Source: Candidatus Latescibacterota bacterium
Lineage (GTDB): Bacteria > Latescibacterota > UBA2968 > GCA-2709665
Direction of reading: 5' to 3'
Assembly (NCBI GenBank): GCA_965226795.1
Contig: CBDDDZ010000005.1
Coordinates: 608,001-672,000 of the forward strand
DNA length: 64,000 nucleotides
Below the pieces are notes generated by a model. It did not search any database. It was not told the origin of the DNA and worked only from the letters and a program-made list of their open reading frames with translations. The translations under genes were made by a program, and so were the position numbers. The number at the start of each line of letters is the position of its first letter. Position 1 is the first letter of the stretch. Of the stretch, positions 21,513 through 32,782 are shown in pieces.

Positions 21513-22226
21513 ATGAATCTGTTGAGAAAATGCGGGGCGGAATTTTTAGGCGCGTTCGCCATCGTGCTGGGCGGGTGCGGCGCCGTAGCCGTAAACCATA
21601 TCAGCGGCGGCGGCGTCTCCCACGTGGGTATCGCCACCTCATTCGGGCTTATTGTGATGACAATGGTTTACGCCACCGGCCACATCTCCGGCGCGCACTT
21701 CAATCCTGCCGTTACGATCGCCTTCTCCTTCACGCGACACTTTCCCAAACGGGAGATCGCGCCGTACATTGCCGCCCAATGCCTGGGCGCTGTCCTCGCC
21801 AGCAGCATCCACCTCTTCACTCTTTCGCCCGTCCTGAAAGCCAGGCTACCGGGCGACAGCCTCGATCTGGGTGTCACCCAGCCCCTGGACGGCGCGTGGA
21901 CCACCGCCTTCGTCTGGGAGTTTCTGCTCGCCTTCCTGCTGATGGTTGTCATTATGGCGGTTGCCACGGACTACCGTGCCACGGGCCAGGCCGCGGGCCT
22001 TGCCATCGGAGGCACGATCTGGTTCGAAGCCATGTTTGCCGGCCCCATATGCGGCGCGTCCATGAATCCCGCCCGCAGCCTGGGCCCGGCCCTTGTTTCA
22101 GGCAACTGGAAACATTTTTCGGCCTATGCCGCCGGACCCGTGCTGGGCGCGCTTGCAGGCGCCATATTCTACGAATTCATACGGTGCCGCCCCAACGGGG
22201 GAGCGGAAGCCAAAGGTTGCTGCTGA
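21513..22226 (+). CDS. MIP family channel (NIP-like aquaporin)
   Basis: SGAHFNPAVT and GASMNPARS signatures; six TM segments; C-terminal GCC. Confidence 0.92.
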   Translation: MNLLRKCGAEFLGAFAIVLGGCGAVAVNHISGGGVSHVGIATSFGLIVMTMVYATGHISGAHFNPAVTIAFSFTRHFPKREIAPYIAAQCLGAVLASSIHLFTLSPVLKARLPGDSLDLGVTQPLDGAWTTAFVWEFLLAFLLMVVIMAVATDYRATGQAAGLAIGGTIWFEAMFAGPICGASMNPARSLGPALVSGNWKHFSAYAAGPVLGALAGAIFYEFIRCRPNGGAEAKGCC

Positions 22227-22297
22227 AATCTGCACTTGCGCCACGCCATCCAACGTTGAACCTGTCTGCGTCGTGCCGAAACGCATCCGGGCCTCTG

Positions 22298-23134
22298 CTA
22301 AATCACCAGCGCAACCGCCAGTACGGCCAGCCCGACACCGGCGGCGGCGACGCGGTTGAGACGTTCCTTCCAGAAGAAATGGGCGCTCAGATTGTCGAGC
22401 AGGATCACGCTGCAACCCACAGCGGGGAAAAAAAGTGTGCCCGGCAGTCGGCTGAGGGCAGTCATGATGACACACAGAGCCATGGCGTTGTAAGTGCCGA
22501 GGCTTAACCCCGTCGTCAGTTCGGGCCGCCTGGGCCGACGCATCCTCAACGCAATGAAAATAAAACCGATCGTGCCCGCGGTGGCGCCCATCACCGTCAG
22601 GATCTGGACGAATTCGTCGTCGAGTCCTGCGTAGTGGACCGAACGTAGGCAGGAGTGACTCAGGCCCTGGGCGAAAAAAACCGCGAACAGCAGGCCGAAG
22701 GTTCTTCCGCCAGTCGCGTGGGCGCCTCCCCTCGCGCCCGAGGTCATCATCATCAGCGCGGAAAAAGCAAGGATGATCCCGCCGAATTGAGCGGGTACAA
22801 CCGGTTCCTGCCAGAGCCAGATACCCAGGGCAACCGGAACCGCAATGGACATTCGAAAAGCCGTCAGCACGGCACCGACGGATGCGATTTCCAGGACGCG
22901 CATCATCAACGACATCGAACCGATGAATACCGCACCTGTAATCAGGCCGGTCTGCAGCGCCGCGGCCGAAAACGTGAACCGACCCGTGGCCAGGAGATAA
23001 ATGGCAAGGACCGCGCAGAGCGTCAGATAATTGGTAGATACGACGACGGGCGCGTAATAACCGCGCCTCTGGGAGAATTTGCAAATCTGGACGAATCCGA
23101 AATCGAGCAGAATCGCGAAAAACAGCCAGGACAA
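22298..23134 (-). CDS. DMT/EamA-like transporter
   Basis: About 10 TM helices in two repeats; WQEPV and WKERL motifs. Confidence 0.75.
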   Translation of the reverse strand: MSWLFFAILLDFGFVQICKFSQRRGYYAPVVVSTNYLTLCAVLAIYLLATGRFTFSAAALQTGLITGAVFIGSMSLMMRVLEIASVGAVLTAFRMSIAVPVALGIWLWQEPVVPAQFGGIILAFSALMMMTSGARGGAHATGGRTFGLLFAVFFAQGLSHSCLRSVHYAGLDDEFVQILTVMGATAGTIGFIFIALRMRRPRRPELTTGLSLGTYNAMALCVIMTALSRLPGTLFFPAVGCSVILLDNLSAHFFWKERLNRVAAAGVGLAVLAVALVI

Positions 23135-23285
23135 TTCGGGCGCCTCTTTCGTCGTTTTCAGCCGATCCCGATGGACCGGCAGAGAGATATCGCGTTCGAG
23201 AAATCCTGCATGTGTGCAGATCGCGTGGGGCTCGCACCCGGACGGCGATCCCTCCCCGGCGCGGGAAGGGGGGTATTATACCTTT

Positions 23286-23376
23286 CCTCGACAAGCTTGC
23301 TTCGACAGGCTCGCGTCGGCAGGCTCAGCGCAAGCAACGCAAGAAACGACCGCACTTCGACAAGCTCAGTGCAAGC
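23286..23376 (+). repeat. Cluster of CTTCGACA(A/G)GCTCA REP-like repeats
   Basis: CTCGACAAGCTT, CTTCGACAGGCTC, GTCGGCAGGCTCAGCGCAAGC and CTTCGACAAGCTCAGTGCAAGC in tandem. Confidence 0.7.
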
Positions 23377-23435
23377 AACGCAGCGAGGCGTGATGAATCG
23401 GCATAAGAATAGGGACATATTTCCGGGAAAGGACG

Positions 23436-24209
23436 CTACTCTCCCCAGGCCTCACGGATCCAGGGCAGGGCCGCCTTCAACGGCGCAACAAATAGATCGG
23501 TCTGGAAGTGAGTCAGACCCTGTACAACAATCATCTCGATTCGAACGCCTTTGTCAATCAGCGCTCGCACCGTCGTTTCAACCGGATCGAACGGAATCAC
23601 CTCATCCGCCACACTGTGGATCACGAGCAGGGGAATCCGCCAGTCGACGTTGGCGGCATTCTCCTCCGGCCGCGCCGAGATCGGAATGGCGGCCCGGAAC
23701 AGATCCGGATGTCGCGCCGCCATATACCAGGTGCCCCGCCCGCCCATGCTGAAACCCGTCACAAGCGTCCGGGCTTCGTCAATCGTGTAGTTGGCCTTGA
23801 TTACTCGGACCAGATCCAGCACGTTTTTCTCGCTCTCCGCGTTGTCCCAACCCCCCGACGTGGCGTCGGGCGCCACGAAAATCGCTCCCAATTCCGCCAG
23901 CGCCGGCAGGACCAGAATCTCCAGCATCTGGCCTCCGTAAAATGGCGTCACCGCTCCGCCGAAGTGCAGTGACAGAATCAGCGGCGTCGGCTGCCGGGTG
24001 TCGTATCCGGCCGGTATGGAGATGGTATACCGCTGGGAACCGGGCAGCAGCACCCTGCGATAGATACCCGGCGACTGTGGCATGCCCTCCTCGCCGGACC
24101 CCGCCGGATCGTCGGACCCGCAGGCTGTCACCGCAACTGCAAGCCCTCCCGCCAGCAACCAATGGCCGGCTGGCGATATTTTTCCTAACCATCGGCGCAA
24201 GAAATTCAT
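23436..24209 (-). CDS. Alpha/beta hydrolase lipoprotein (esterase/dienelactone hydrolase-like)
   Basis: Lipobox VTAC; LHFGG, GFSMGG nucleophile elbow, HSVADE, C-terminal His. Confidence 0.8.
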   Translation of the reverse strand: MNFLRRWLGKISPAGHWLLAGGLAVAVTACGSDDPAGSGEEGMPQSPGIYRRVLLPGSQRYTISIPAGYDTRQPTPLILSLHFGGAVTPFYGGQMLEILVLPALAELGAIFVAPDATSGGWDNAESEKNVLDLVRVIKANYTIDEARTLVTGFSMGGRGTWYMAARHPDLFRAAIPISARPEENAANVDWRIPLLVIHSVADEVIPFDPVETTVRALIDKGVRIEMIVVQGLTHFQTDLFVAPLKAALPWIREAWGE

Positions 24210-24301
24210 ATCTTTCCCCAATCCGGATCTGTGGACAGTTCCCCGTGGTTTCAATATACGGTATCCGGGATCCACAACAAGCGGGTATTGAAGGACGCAT
24301 C

Positions 24302-25924
24302 ATGACCGGTGCCGACATTCTTATTCGAAGTCTCAAAGCCCAGAACATCCGATGTATCGTCGGTATGCCGGGCAACCAGAATATCGACATTTACGACGCT
24401 CTGTTACGGGTCGGCGGTATAGACCATTACCTTATCAGAAACGAACAGGGCGCAACGCTTATCGCCAACGGATATGCCCGCGCGTCGGGCGAAGTGGGGG
24501 TTGCGCTCACCGTTCCGGGCCCCGGCGCCACGAACGCTTCCACCGGGATCGTCGACGCCCACACGGACTGCGTTCCGGTGCTGCTGATTACCGGCGGCAC
24601 GGAAGTGGCCTTCAACGGGCGAGACCGGAGCAAGTGTTTCCACGGCCTGGACCAGGCCGCGTTCTTCGCCCCGATTACCCGGTTCTTCGCCCGCCCGGAA
24701 CGCCTCGAAGACATCCCGGTAGCCGTCGCGGGCGCCTTCGCCGCGTTGCGCGCGCCCAGGCCGGGGCCGGCCGTGATCGAACTGCCCATGGACGTTGCCG
24801 CCGCGGAGGGTGAAGCCGACATTGCCGCGTACGTGGAGGGGAACCGGCCCGCGCCCGACCCGGCGGACCTTCGTCGCGTCGCCGAAGTGATCGCTCGCAT
24901 GGAGCGTCCGGCCATCCTCACCGGCGGCAATACGGCCGATGCGAACGCGGCCCCTGAACTTCGGGCATTTTCCGAAGCCCTCAACGCGCCCGTACTCTTC
25001 AGCCGGCTCGGCAAGGGCGCCTTTCCCGACTCTCATCCGCTTTCCGCCGGCCACTGCCGCGCCCGGCTGGCGGAAAACGTCCTTCAGCAGGCCGACGGGC
25101 TGATTGCCGTGGGTTGCAGATTCACACAGATCGACACCTCCGGCTGGACCATGGACATGCCGTCATTGCGCGTGCAACTGGATCCGGACCCGGCCGAACT
25201 CGGACGCGAAATCCCTGTAGACGCGGGCGTGGCGGCGGACCTGAAGCAGTCTCTACCCGCGCTCCTGGAAGTGCTGAATGAGACGGGAAAACCGGTCAAC
25301 ACCTGGCAGGAGACACTGGATCGATCACGGCGTGGAATCGCCCGGTCGCGCCGGCCGTTGCCGATCATGTCCGCGATGAGAGAAAGTCTCGATTCAGACG
25401 CCATCGTATCCGTGGACGTGACTTCCATCGGCTACCGGTCCTTCGACGAATTCCCCGTGGACCATCCCCGCTGCTTCATGTATCCGTGCCATTCGGTCAC
25501 CCTCGGTTTCGCGGCGCCGGCCGCGATAGGCGCGAAACTCGCCCAGCCGCACCGGCAGGTGGCCGCTTTCTGCGGCGACGGCGGATTTCAGATGACCGCT
25601 TTCGAGCTGGCTACAGCCGCCGAACATGGGATCGAGATCATTTGCGTGGTTATCAACGACGGCAGCCTCAGCGCCATTCGGGGCGCTCAGGCCAAGGCAT
25701 TCAACGGCCGAACCATCGACACGGACATGCAGACGCCCAGAATCGCCGACCTCGCCCGTTCCATGGGCGCCCGGGGCGTCCGCGTGGATGAACCCGACCG
25801 TTTCCCGGCCGTTTTCGCCGACGTAATCGGTCTCGAGGGACCGACCGTTATCGAAGTCGTGATGCAGAAACAGCGCGATAGCCTCATCCGGCAGGTACCC
25901 TGGTTGTATCCCGACCCGACCTGA
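24302..25924 (+). CDS. Thiamine pyrophosphate-binding enzyme (acetolactate synthase-like)
   Basis: GMPG, RNEQGA, GPGATN, GDGGF...IND TPP-binding motif. Confidence 0.9.
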   Translation: MTGADILIRSLKAQNIRCIVGMPGNQNIDIYDALLRVGGIDHYLIRNEQGATLIANGYARASGEVGVALTVPGPGATNASTGIVDAHTDCVPVLLITGGTEVAFNGRDRSKCFHGLDQAAFFAPITRFFARPERLEDIPVAVAGAFAALRAPRPGPAVIELPMDVAAAEGEADIAAYVEGNRPAPDPADLRRVAEVIARMERPAILTGGNTADANAAPELRAFSEALNAPVLFSRLGKGAFPDSHPLSAGHCRARLAENVLQQADGLIAVGCRFTQIDTSGWTMDMPSLRVQLDPDPAELGREIPVDAGVAADLKQSLPALLEVLNETGKPVNTWQETLDRSRRGIARSRRPLPIMSAMRESLDSDAIVSVDVTSIGYRSFDEFPVDHPRCFMYPCHSVTLGFAAPAAIGAKLAQPHRQVAAFCGDGGFQMTAFELATAAEHGIEIICVVINDGSLSAIRGAQAKAFNGRTIDTDMQTPRIADLARSMGARGVRVDEPDRFPAVFADVIGLEGPTVIEVVMQKQRDSLIRQVPWLYPDPT

Positions 25925-25953
25925 CGACTCAATTCGCGAGAAAGCGAGGATCG

Positions 25954-27087
25954 ATGAAAATAACAGAGGTCAAAACCTTTCCGGTCTTCTACGGTTCCCG
26001 GAACTACCTCTTTGTCAAGATTGAAACCGACGAGGGTATCTACGGCGTGGGTGAATTCGGGATCACGTGGAAGGAGCAGGCCGGCGTTGGCGCCATCCGG
26101 CACATGGCCTCCGACCTCGTGGGCAAGGATCCGCTCAACATAGAATACATCTGGCAACTCCTGTTTCGGGGCGACTTCTTCCCCGGCGGGCGCATTCACA
26201 TGGCCGCACAAAGCGCAATCGACATCGCCCTGTGGGACATCAAGGGCAAAGCCCTGGGGCAGCCGGTCTACATGCTGTTGGGCGGCAAGCTCCGCGACCG
26301 AGTGGTCTGTTATACCGGAATTGGAGGCGGGACGCCTGAAGAGACGGCCCGATCTGCGGAGGGCCGGGTCTCGGAGGGTTGGAAATACCTCCGTATGTCC
26401 GTCACCGATCGTGAAGGCGTCCTGGAACCTTCAACAGCGGTTCGAGACTCCGTTGCGCATTTCGCAGCGGCTCGCGAAGCCGTTGGTCCCGACATCGAAA
26501 TCTGCATCGACGTTCACACCCGGCTGGACCCGCCCGACACCATCCGCCTGGGCCGCAAACTGGAACCGTACGATCCATTCTTCATCGAAGATCCGCTGCG
26601 ATGTGAAAACCCGCAGACCTACCGGCTGGTCCGCAACCACGTGAACTGCCCGCTTGCCGTGGGGGAACACTACGCCACCAAGTGGGAATTCCGCCAGCTC
26701 ATCGAAGATGAACTGGCCGACTACGCGCGCATCGACCTCTGTATTGTCGGCGGTCTTACCGAGGCTCGCAAGGTGGCCAACTGGTGCGAGACCCACTACA
26801 TCAAAATCGTGCCCCACAACCCGCTCGGGCCCGTGTCGGCCGCCGCCTGCCTTCACCTGGACGTTGCCACCGACAACTTTGCCGTGCAGGAAGGCGGTCT
26901 GGTCGGCCGCACCGTGATGGAGGATCTGTTCCCCGTACAGGTGCCGTACGAATCGGGATACCTGCTGGCTCCGGACCGCCCCGGGCTGGGGGTTGAATTC
27001 GACGAGGTCGCCGCCGGGAAATATCCGTTCCAATGGGGACACGGACCGCGCCTCCATCGGGAAGACGGATCGTTCACGAACTGGTAG
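25954..27087 (+). CDS. Mandelate racemase/muconate lactonizing family acid-sugar dehydratase (DgoD-like)
   Basis: SAIDIALWDIKGK, DVH, FFIEDP, AVGE, PHNP, PGLGVEFD. Confidence 0.88.
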   Translation: MKITEVKTFPVFYGSRNYLFVKIETDEGIYGVGEFGITWKEQAGVGAIRHMASDLVGKDPLNIEYIWQLLFRGDFFPGGRIHMAAQSAIDIALWDIKGKALGQPVYMLLGGKLRDRVVCYTGIGGGTPEETARSAEGRVSEGWKYLRMSVTDREGVLEPSTAVRDSVAHFAAAREAVGPDIEICIDVHTRLDPPDTIRLGRKLEPYDPFFIEDPLRCENPQTYRLVRNHVNCPLAVGEHYATKWEFRQLIEDELADYARIDLCIVGGLTEARKVANWCETHYIKIVPHNPLGPVSAAACLHLDVATDNFAVQEGGLVGRTVMEDLFPVQVPYESGYLLAPDRPGLGVEFDEVAAGKYPFQWGHGPRLHREDGSFTNW

Positions 27088-27317
27088 GCACACCGGGAGG
27101 CGCGCACTGCAACGGGGTGGGGGAGTGACAACGTGCAGTGGACGATTGCACGTCCGGGTGGGGGATTCGTCACGGAAAAAGGCGAAATCGTCACTTGATC
27201 GCCACGCGGATGAAACATCCGTGTTTTACCATAACAGCGACCGAAGCGTCACTCTTCCCATGGAGAACGCTGGAACAGACCCACAGGCGCTCTCCAAACT
27301 TTTTTCGCAGGGGCACT

Positions 27318-27354
27318 AAAAAAGGGTTACGCCGAATTGACGTAACCCTTTTTT
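27318..27354. terminator. Bidirectional intrinsic terminator downstream of tRNA-Leu
   Basis: AAAAAAGGGTTACG-N9-CGTAACCCTTTTTT perfect inverted repeat. Confidence 0.75.
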
Positions 27355-27358
27355 ATTT

Positions 27359-27445
27359 TGGTGCCGAAGCCGAGACTCGAACTCGGACGGGCATTCGCCC
27401 ACTGCGCCCTCAACACAGCGTGTCTACCATTTCCACCACTTCGGC
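27359..27445 (-). tRNA. tRNA-Leu (anticodon GAG)
   Basis: GCCGAAG acceptor stem, anticodon arm CTGTG-TTGAGGG-CGCAG, long variable arm, GTTCGAG T-loop, encoded CCA; follows secG. Confidence 0.95.
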
Positions 27446-27554
27446 AAAAAAGAACCGACCCTCTGCCGGACCGATCGGTGAGCCTAGAGTCAGGCGGAAT
27501 GGCCGACACGGCACTCATTCGGTTCGCGCCGTCCGGGCGGGTCGGCGCGAATCG

Positions 27555-27947
27555 CTACCGCCCCGTATCGGCCGGCGAAGTTGCCGGCGCGGTGCTTTCG
27601 GTAGTCGTGCCCTGTCCAGTCTGGTCCAGCGGCTGCGGCAGGCCTGCAGGCATGCTCTGAAGCGGCACGGGCTGTTCCCGGAGCGCCCGCTCGGCCGCGG
27701 TTTCCGGAGCCGAGATATCGCCCCTGGAAGCGTACCAGAGTCCGGTGCAGGTTAGAAAAAAAACAACCGCCAGAACGGTGGTTACCCTGCTCAAAAATGT
27801 CGCGGCGCCAGCCCCGCCAAACATCGCGCTACCACCACTGCCGCCAAAAGCAGTGGATAGCCCGCCCCCCTTGCTGGCCTGCAAGAGAATGGATACGATC
27901 AGAACGAGGCAAACCAGAACATGAACGATCAGAAGTAGCGTTGTCAT
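27555..27947 (-). CDS. secG: Preprotein translocase subunit SecG
   Basis: ILLQASKGGGLS...FGG...FLSRVT; between tpiA and tRNA-Leu. Confidence 0.95.
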   Translation of the reverse strand: MTTLLLIVHVLVCLVLIVSILLQASKGGGLSTAFGGSGGSAMFGGAGAATFLSRVTTVLAVVFFLTCTGLWYASRGDISAPETAAERALREQPVPLQSMPAGLPQPLDQTGQGTTTESTAPATSPADTGR

Positions 27948-28726
27948 ATTGAATCCTGAACCAGATCAGGCAAAATTGCAGCTTTGACGATCGCCGCGAA
28001 TGCTTCGGGCTCCAGCGAAGCCCCGCCGATCAATCCACCGTCGATATCGGGCCGGTTAAACAGATCGGGGGCATTCTCCGGCTTGACGGATCCCCCGTAC
28101 TGGATACGCACCGCCCGCGCGACTTTGTCGTTGTAAAGGCCCCGCAATACCCGGCGGATTGATGTATGAACGGTTTCGGCCTGTTCCGGTGTGGCCGTCA
28201 GGCCGGTGCCGATGGCCCACACGGGTTCGTAGGCGGCCACGCAGCCAGCCGCATCCGACGCGGGCACCTGATCGAAAGCCGCCGTTACCTGCCGCCGCAC
28301 CACCCGTTCGGTTGCCCCGGATTGGCGCTCGCGGATGGTTTCTCCCACACAGACGATTGGCGTCAACCCGTCGGCCAGGGCGGCCCTAAGCCGCTGATTT
28401 ACAGTTGCATCCGTTTCGCCGAAGTAGGTGCGCCGTTCAGAGTGTCCTAATATAACGTACTCACATCCGCATGTCAACAGCATCCCTGCCGAAATCTCAC
28501 CGGTAAACGCCCCTTCACCCTCCCAGTGCAGATTCTGAGCGCCCAACTTTACCGAACTGCCCGCCAGCTCCTTTCGTACGCGCTCGAGAACGGTAAAGGA
28601 GGGACACACCACCACCTCTACCTCTTCGACGTGGTTCACGGCATCCACAATATCCCGCGCCAGGCCCTCGGCTTCGCCGGCCGTCTTGTGCATCTTCCAA
28701 TTCCCCGCCACAATCGGTACGCGCAT
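27944..28726 (-). CDS. tpiA: Triosephosphate isomerase
   Basis: AGNWKM, GHSERR, AYEPVWAIGTG, YGGSV, IGGASL. Confidence 0.97.
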   Translation of the reverse strand: MRVPIVAGNWKMHKTAGEAEGLARDIVDAVNHVEEVEVVVCPSFTVLERVRKELAGSSVKLGAQNLHWEGEGAFTGEISAGMLLTCGCEYVILGHSERRTYFGETDATVNQRLRAALADGLTPIVCVGETIRERQSGATERVVRRQVTAAFDQVPASDAAGCVAAYEPVWAIGTGLTATPEQAETVHTSIRRVLRGLYNDKVARAVRIQYGGSVKPENAPDLFNRPDIDGGLIGGASLEPEAFAAIVKAAILPDLVQDSI

Positions 28727-28766
28727 TTGCATCTCCACATGATGTGACTCGCTCACATCGGGCATC

Positions 28767-29960
28767 TCACGTCGAACGTCCCGACAACGCAGCCACGCCC
28801 GGCAACTCTCTCCCTTCCAGGTATTCCAGGAAGGCCCCACCGCCCGTGGAGACATGCCCCAATCGGTCCGCAAGACCGCACGTCGTCAACGCCGCTACCG
28901 TTTCTCCGCCGCCGGCCAGGGTAATGGCGCCTCGTGACGATGCCTCAGCAACGGCGTGCGCCACCGCCTCCGTGCCCGGGGCAAAAGTCGAAATCTCCGA
29001 CACGCCCATCGGTCCGTTCCACACCACGGATCCGGCGTTCAGAATCTCTTCCGAGAATATCGCCCGCGTGTCGGGCCCTATGTCGAATCCCTCCAGGTCC
29101 GCCGGCATTCCGTCTCTTGGCACAATCCGTGACGACGCGCCTTCCCGCGGCTGGGCCGCGACCACGCAGTCGGTTGGCAGCAGCAGCCGGACCTTTTCGG
29201 CAGCCGCGCGCTGCAGCAGGACTTCCGCCATCCCCACGCGGTCCTCCTCAAGCAGCGACCGGCCGATCTCCAGCCCCATCGCCTTGAAGAACGTGTACGC
29301 CATACCGCCGCCAATCAGGAGCGCATCGACGAGGGTCAGCAAATGCTGGATGACGTCGATTTTTCCCGATATCTTTGCGCCGCCCATAACCGCAACGAAC
29401 GGCCTGACCGGCGCCGACAATGCTTCTTCCAGAGAATCCAGTTCCCGCTGCATCAGGAACCCGGCGGCACATTCCACGAAATGATGCGTCACGCCCTCCG
29501 TAGACGCGTGCGCACGGTGTGCCGTTCCAAATGCGTCGTTCACGTAGGCCGAACCCAATTCACAGAGTTGGCGGGCGAATTCGGGATTGTTCGCCTCTTC
29601 CGCCGCGTGAAACCTTAAATTTTCCAGCAGGACCACGCCGTCAGCGTGTTTTGCGAGCGCCTCCACCTCCGGACCCACGCAATCCGGCGCCAATATGATC
29701 TCACGCCCCATCAATTCGCCCAGGCGTTCAGCTACGGGCTTCAACGAAAGCTCGGGTATAGCGCGTCCGTTGGGCCTGCCGAGGTGCGACATCAGGATCG
29801 GAACGCCTCCGTGCTCCAGAATGTATCTGACGGTGGGCACAGCGGCACGGATCCGCGTGTCGTCCCCGATCTCGCCGTTCTGGAGCGGCACATTGAAATC
29901 CACCCGTACCAGCACCCGCCGTCCATCAAGCTCCAGATCCGTAATAGAAAGCTTCCCCAT
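28767..29960 (-). CDS. pgk: Phosphoglycerate kinase
   Basis: RVDFNVP, SHLGRP, LLENLRF, DAFGTAHRAH, WNGPMG, STGGGA. Confidence 0.97.
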   Translation of the reverse strand: MGKLSITDLELDGRRVLVRVDFNVPLQNGEIGDDTRIRAAVPTVRYILEHGGVPILMSHLGRPNGRAIPELSLKPVAERLGELMGREIILAPDCVGPEVEALAKHADGVVLLENLRFHAAEEANNPEFARQLCELGSAYVNDAFGTAHRAHASTEGVTHHFVECAAGFLMQRELDSLEEALSAPVRPFVAVMGGAKISGKIDVIQHLLTLVDALLIGGGMAYTFFKAMGLEIGRSLLEEDRVGMAEVLLQRAAAEKVRLLLPTDCVVAAQPREGASSRIVPRDGMPADLEGFDIGPDTRAIFSEEILNAGSVVWNGPMGVSEISTFAPGTEAVAHAVAEASSRGAITLAGGGETVAALTTCGLADRLGHVSTGGGAFLEYLEGRELPGVAALSGRST

Positions 29961-30032
29961 AATCCGTGTTCCTCAAACCGTCCCGTTGCCGCTGGTTCTC
30001 TGTCCGATAGGCAATTTCGCGCCAGACGACGG

Positions 30033-30653
30033 CTAATTCAGCAGTTCTATCGCTTTCTCCAGGATCACGTCCCTCTCCAACGGTTCGTCAGAAGCGGCGA
30101 CGTGAACGGGAATATCCGGAGGTATGCCCACGGCTTCAAAGAATTCGCGATCGGCGGAAAACCACCAGGACCTTCCCGTCCTGCTGCTGAAGGACGCAAT
30201 GTGGATATAGCCTATCTCGGCGGACATCTGCCCATATGTGAAATTACCATTCCCCGCCGTCTGAAATCCCGAATTCAGATACTCACGTTTAACCAGCGCC
30301 ATATCGAGCGTCTTCAGGGGCTTTCTATTCGCAGAGTTGAAATACGCGAACGGTGTCGTTAGATCGACGTGACCGTCCTTCAGGTGAGCAAGCATGGCGG
30401 ACATGACGTCAAAGAGCGCACGATCGTCCGTGCGTTCCGTAACCTGCGGCGAATAGACGGCATACAGGGCATTCCAATTGATGTTCTTGAATTCGAACAG
30501 GGCATAGTAGCGATCGAAATTCTCCCACAGAATCTGAAAGTTGCTTCGCGGCGTGTCGGCAGGATCGGACCCGACCAGCGTGTTGCCGCAAGACAGCAAC
30601 AGAGGGATACCCAGTATGCCCACAATTCGGAACCGACAATGCAACGCGTTCAC
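30033..30653 (-). pseudogene. S41 family peptidase lipoprotein with catalytic core deleted
   Basis: Lipobox LLSC; tricorn-C1-like LKDGHV and GYIHIASF joined almost directly to the C-terminal EAVGIPPD...DVILEKA; no DLRxNxGG or catalytic Ser region. Confidence 0.65.
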
Positions 30654-30655
30654 TC

Positions 30656-31409
30656 TCAGAATTGGTACGACAGGCCCGTACGCAGGACGTGAAAGATTGA
30701 GACCGTCGTTAAAGGTTGAACATACCGATGGAAGATAAACCTGTACGCAAGGCGGAGCGCGAAATTAACGGACGGGGTGCGCTCATATTGCGCGGAAAAC
30801 CGAATTCACTGGTAACTGTTCAAGCTGGTTACGACCCCCCCCGGAGAAGTTGTTCACCGCATATCCGTTTCGTAACAGATAGCCCAGAAACGGGGTTGAC
30901 AGAGAGAAGACAACCCTGCGATTTTCAGGGCGCAGCAGCTCACATAAAAGGACCATATTGAGCGTTGAGGCCGCTGTGCCGGTTGGTGTTCCACTCAATG
31001 CCCGGGCGCCAAAGGAATAATCTCTTGCCGAAACCACATTATCCCAGATTCCGCCGAACCAGAATGTCAAACCTGCCCTGGAATCTCCTGACAACGGGCG
31101 CGCATAACCGTATTGGATGAGCCCGTAATAGTGGTCCGCGGAACTTGCCGACGACAAAGGTTTCAATTTACCGGTCATATATGCGACGCGCACCCAATGC
31201 CGATTCTTTGCCCCTCTATAGTCATAAAAGGCCCCAATTGTCCGTTCCGGTCCGCTATAGGACAGGGGCGACGCCAAATCGTCCCGGTTTGTGTAACTTG
31301 ATACGCCAATATCGATACCGATACCGTGTTTTTTTTCGGCGAATACAACGGATGAATGCAAGACCAACAGGCTTGCGACTGCAATACCATGTAACTTCAG
31401 GAAAGGCAC
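30656..31409 (-). pseudogene. Outer-membrane beta-barrel (DUF3316-like) gene, decayed at the 3' end
   Basis: Signal peptide and DDLASPLSYSG; after a G8 run near 30838 the frame shifts, meets an in-frame TGA, shifts again and ends ...GLSYQF* at 30656. Confidence 0.55.
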
Positions 31410-31592
31410 TGGCGCGATTTTCGTTTCCGGGGATTACAGGATAGGGAGCCGTACCGCGCTGGCATCCTTCGAAGTCTGGCTGCCCTATGCCCGCTTGTTG
31501 GGGCGTTCACCCGCAAGCGGCTATCTGATATTCTTTTTCTCAAGCGATTTCAGGCCCCGCCGGATATCGGGCGGCCGACCCCCGTTCGAAGC

Positions 31593-32657
<1,065 letters not shown>

Positions 32658-32782
32658 TTATGCAGGCGAATGCGATGATGCGCCGCGACAGTTGACGGGT
32701 CGGAGCGCACCGTACATAATAACTTGCCTGCGTTTTCGGTCAAATCAACGGAACTGAAAACCGTCACCGGGGGATGTCGGTG

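Noticed and set aside
27087..27445. tRNA-Leu as the attachment site of an integrated element
   Set aside because: No integrase nearby and no duplicated tRNA 3' end noticed in the window; the adjacent inverted repeat is explained as a terminator.
30810..30815. In-frame TGA in the beta-barrel pseudogene as selenocysteine
   Set aside because: No redox motif context, and it is accompanied by frameshifts, which fits decay.
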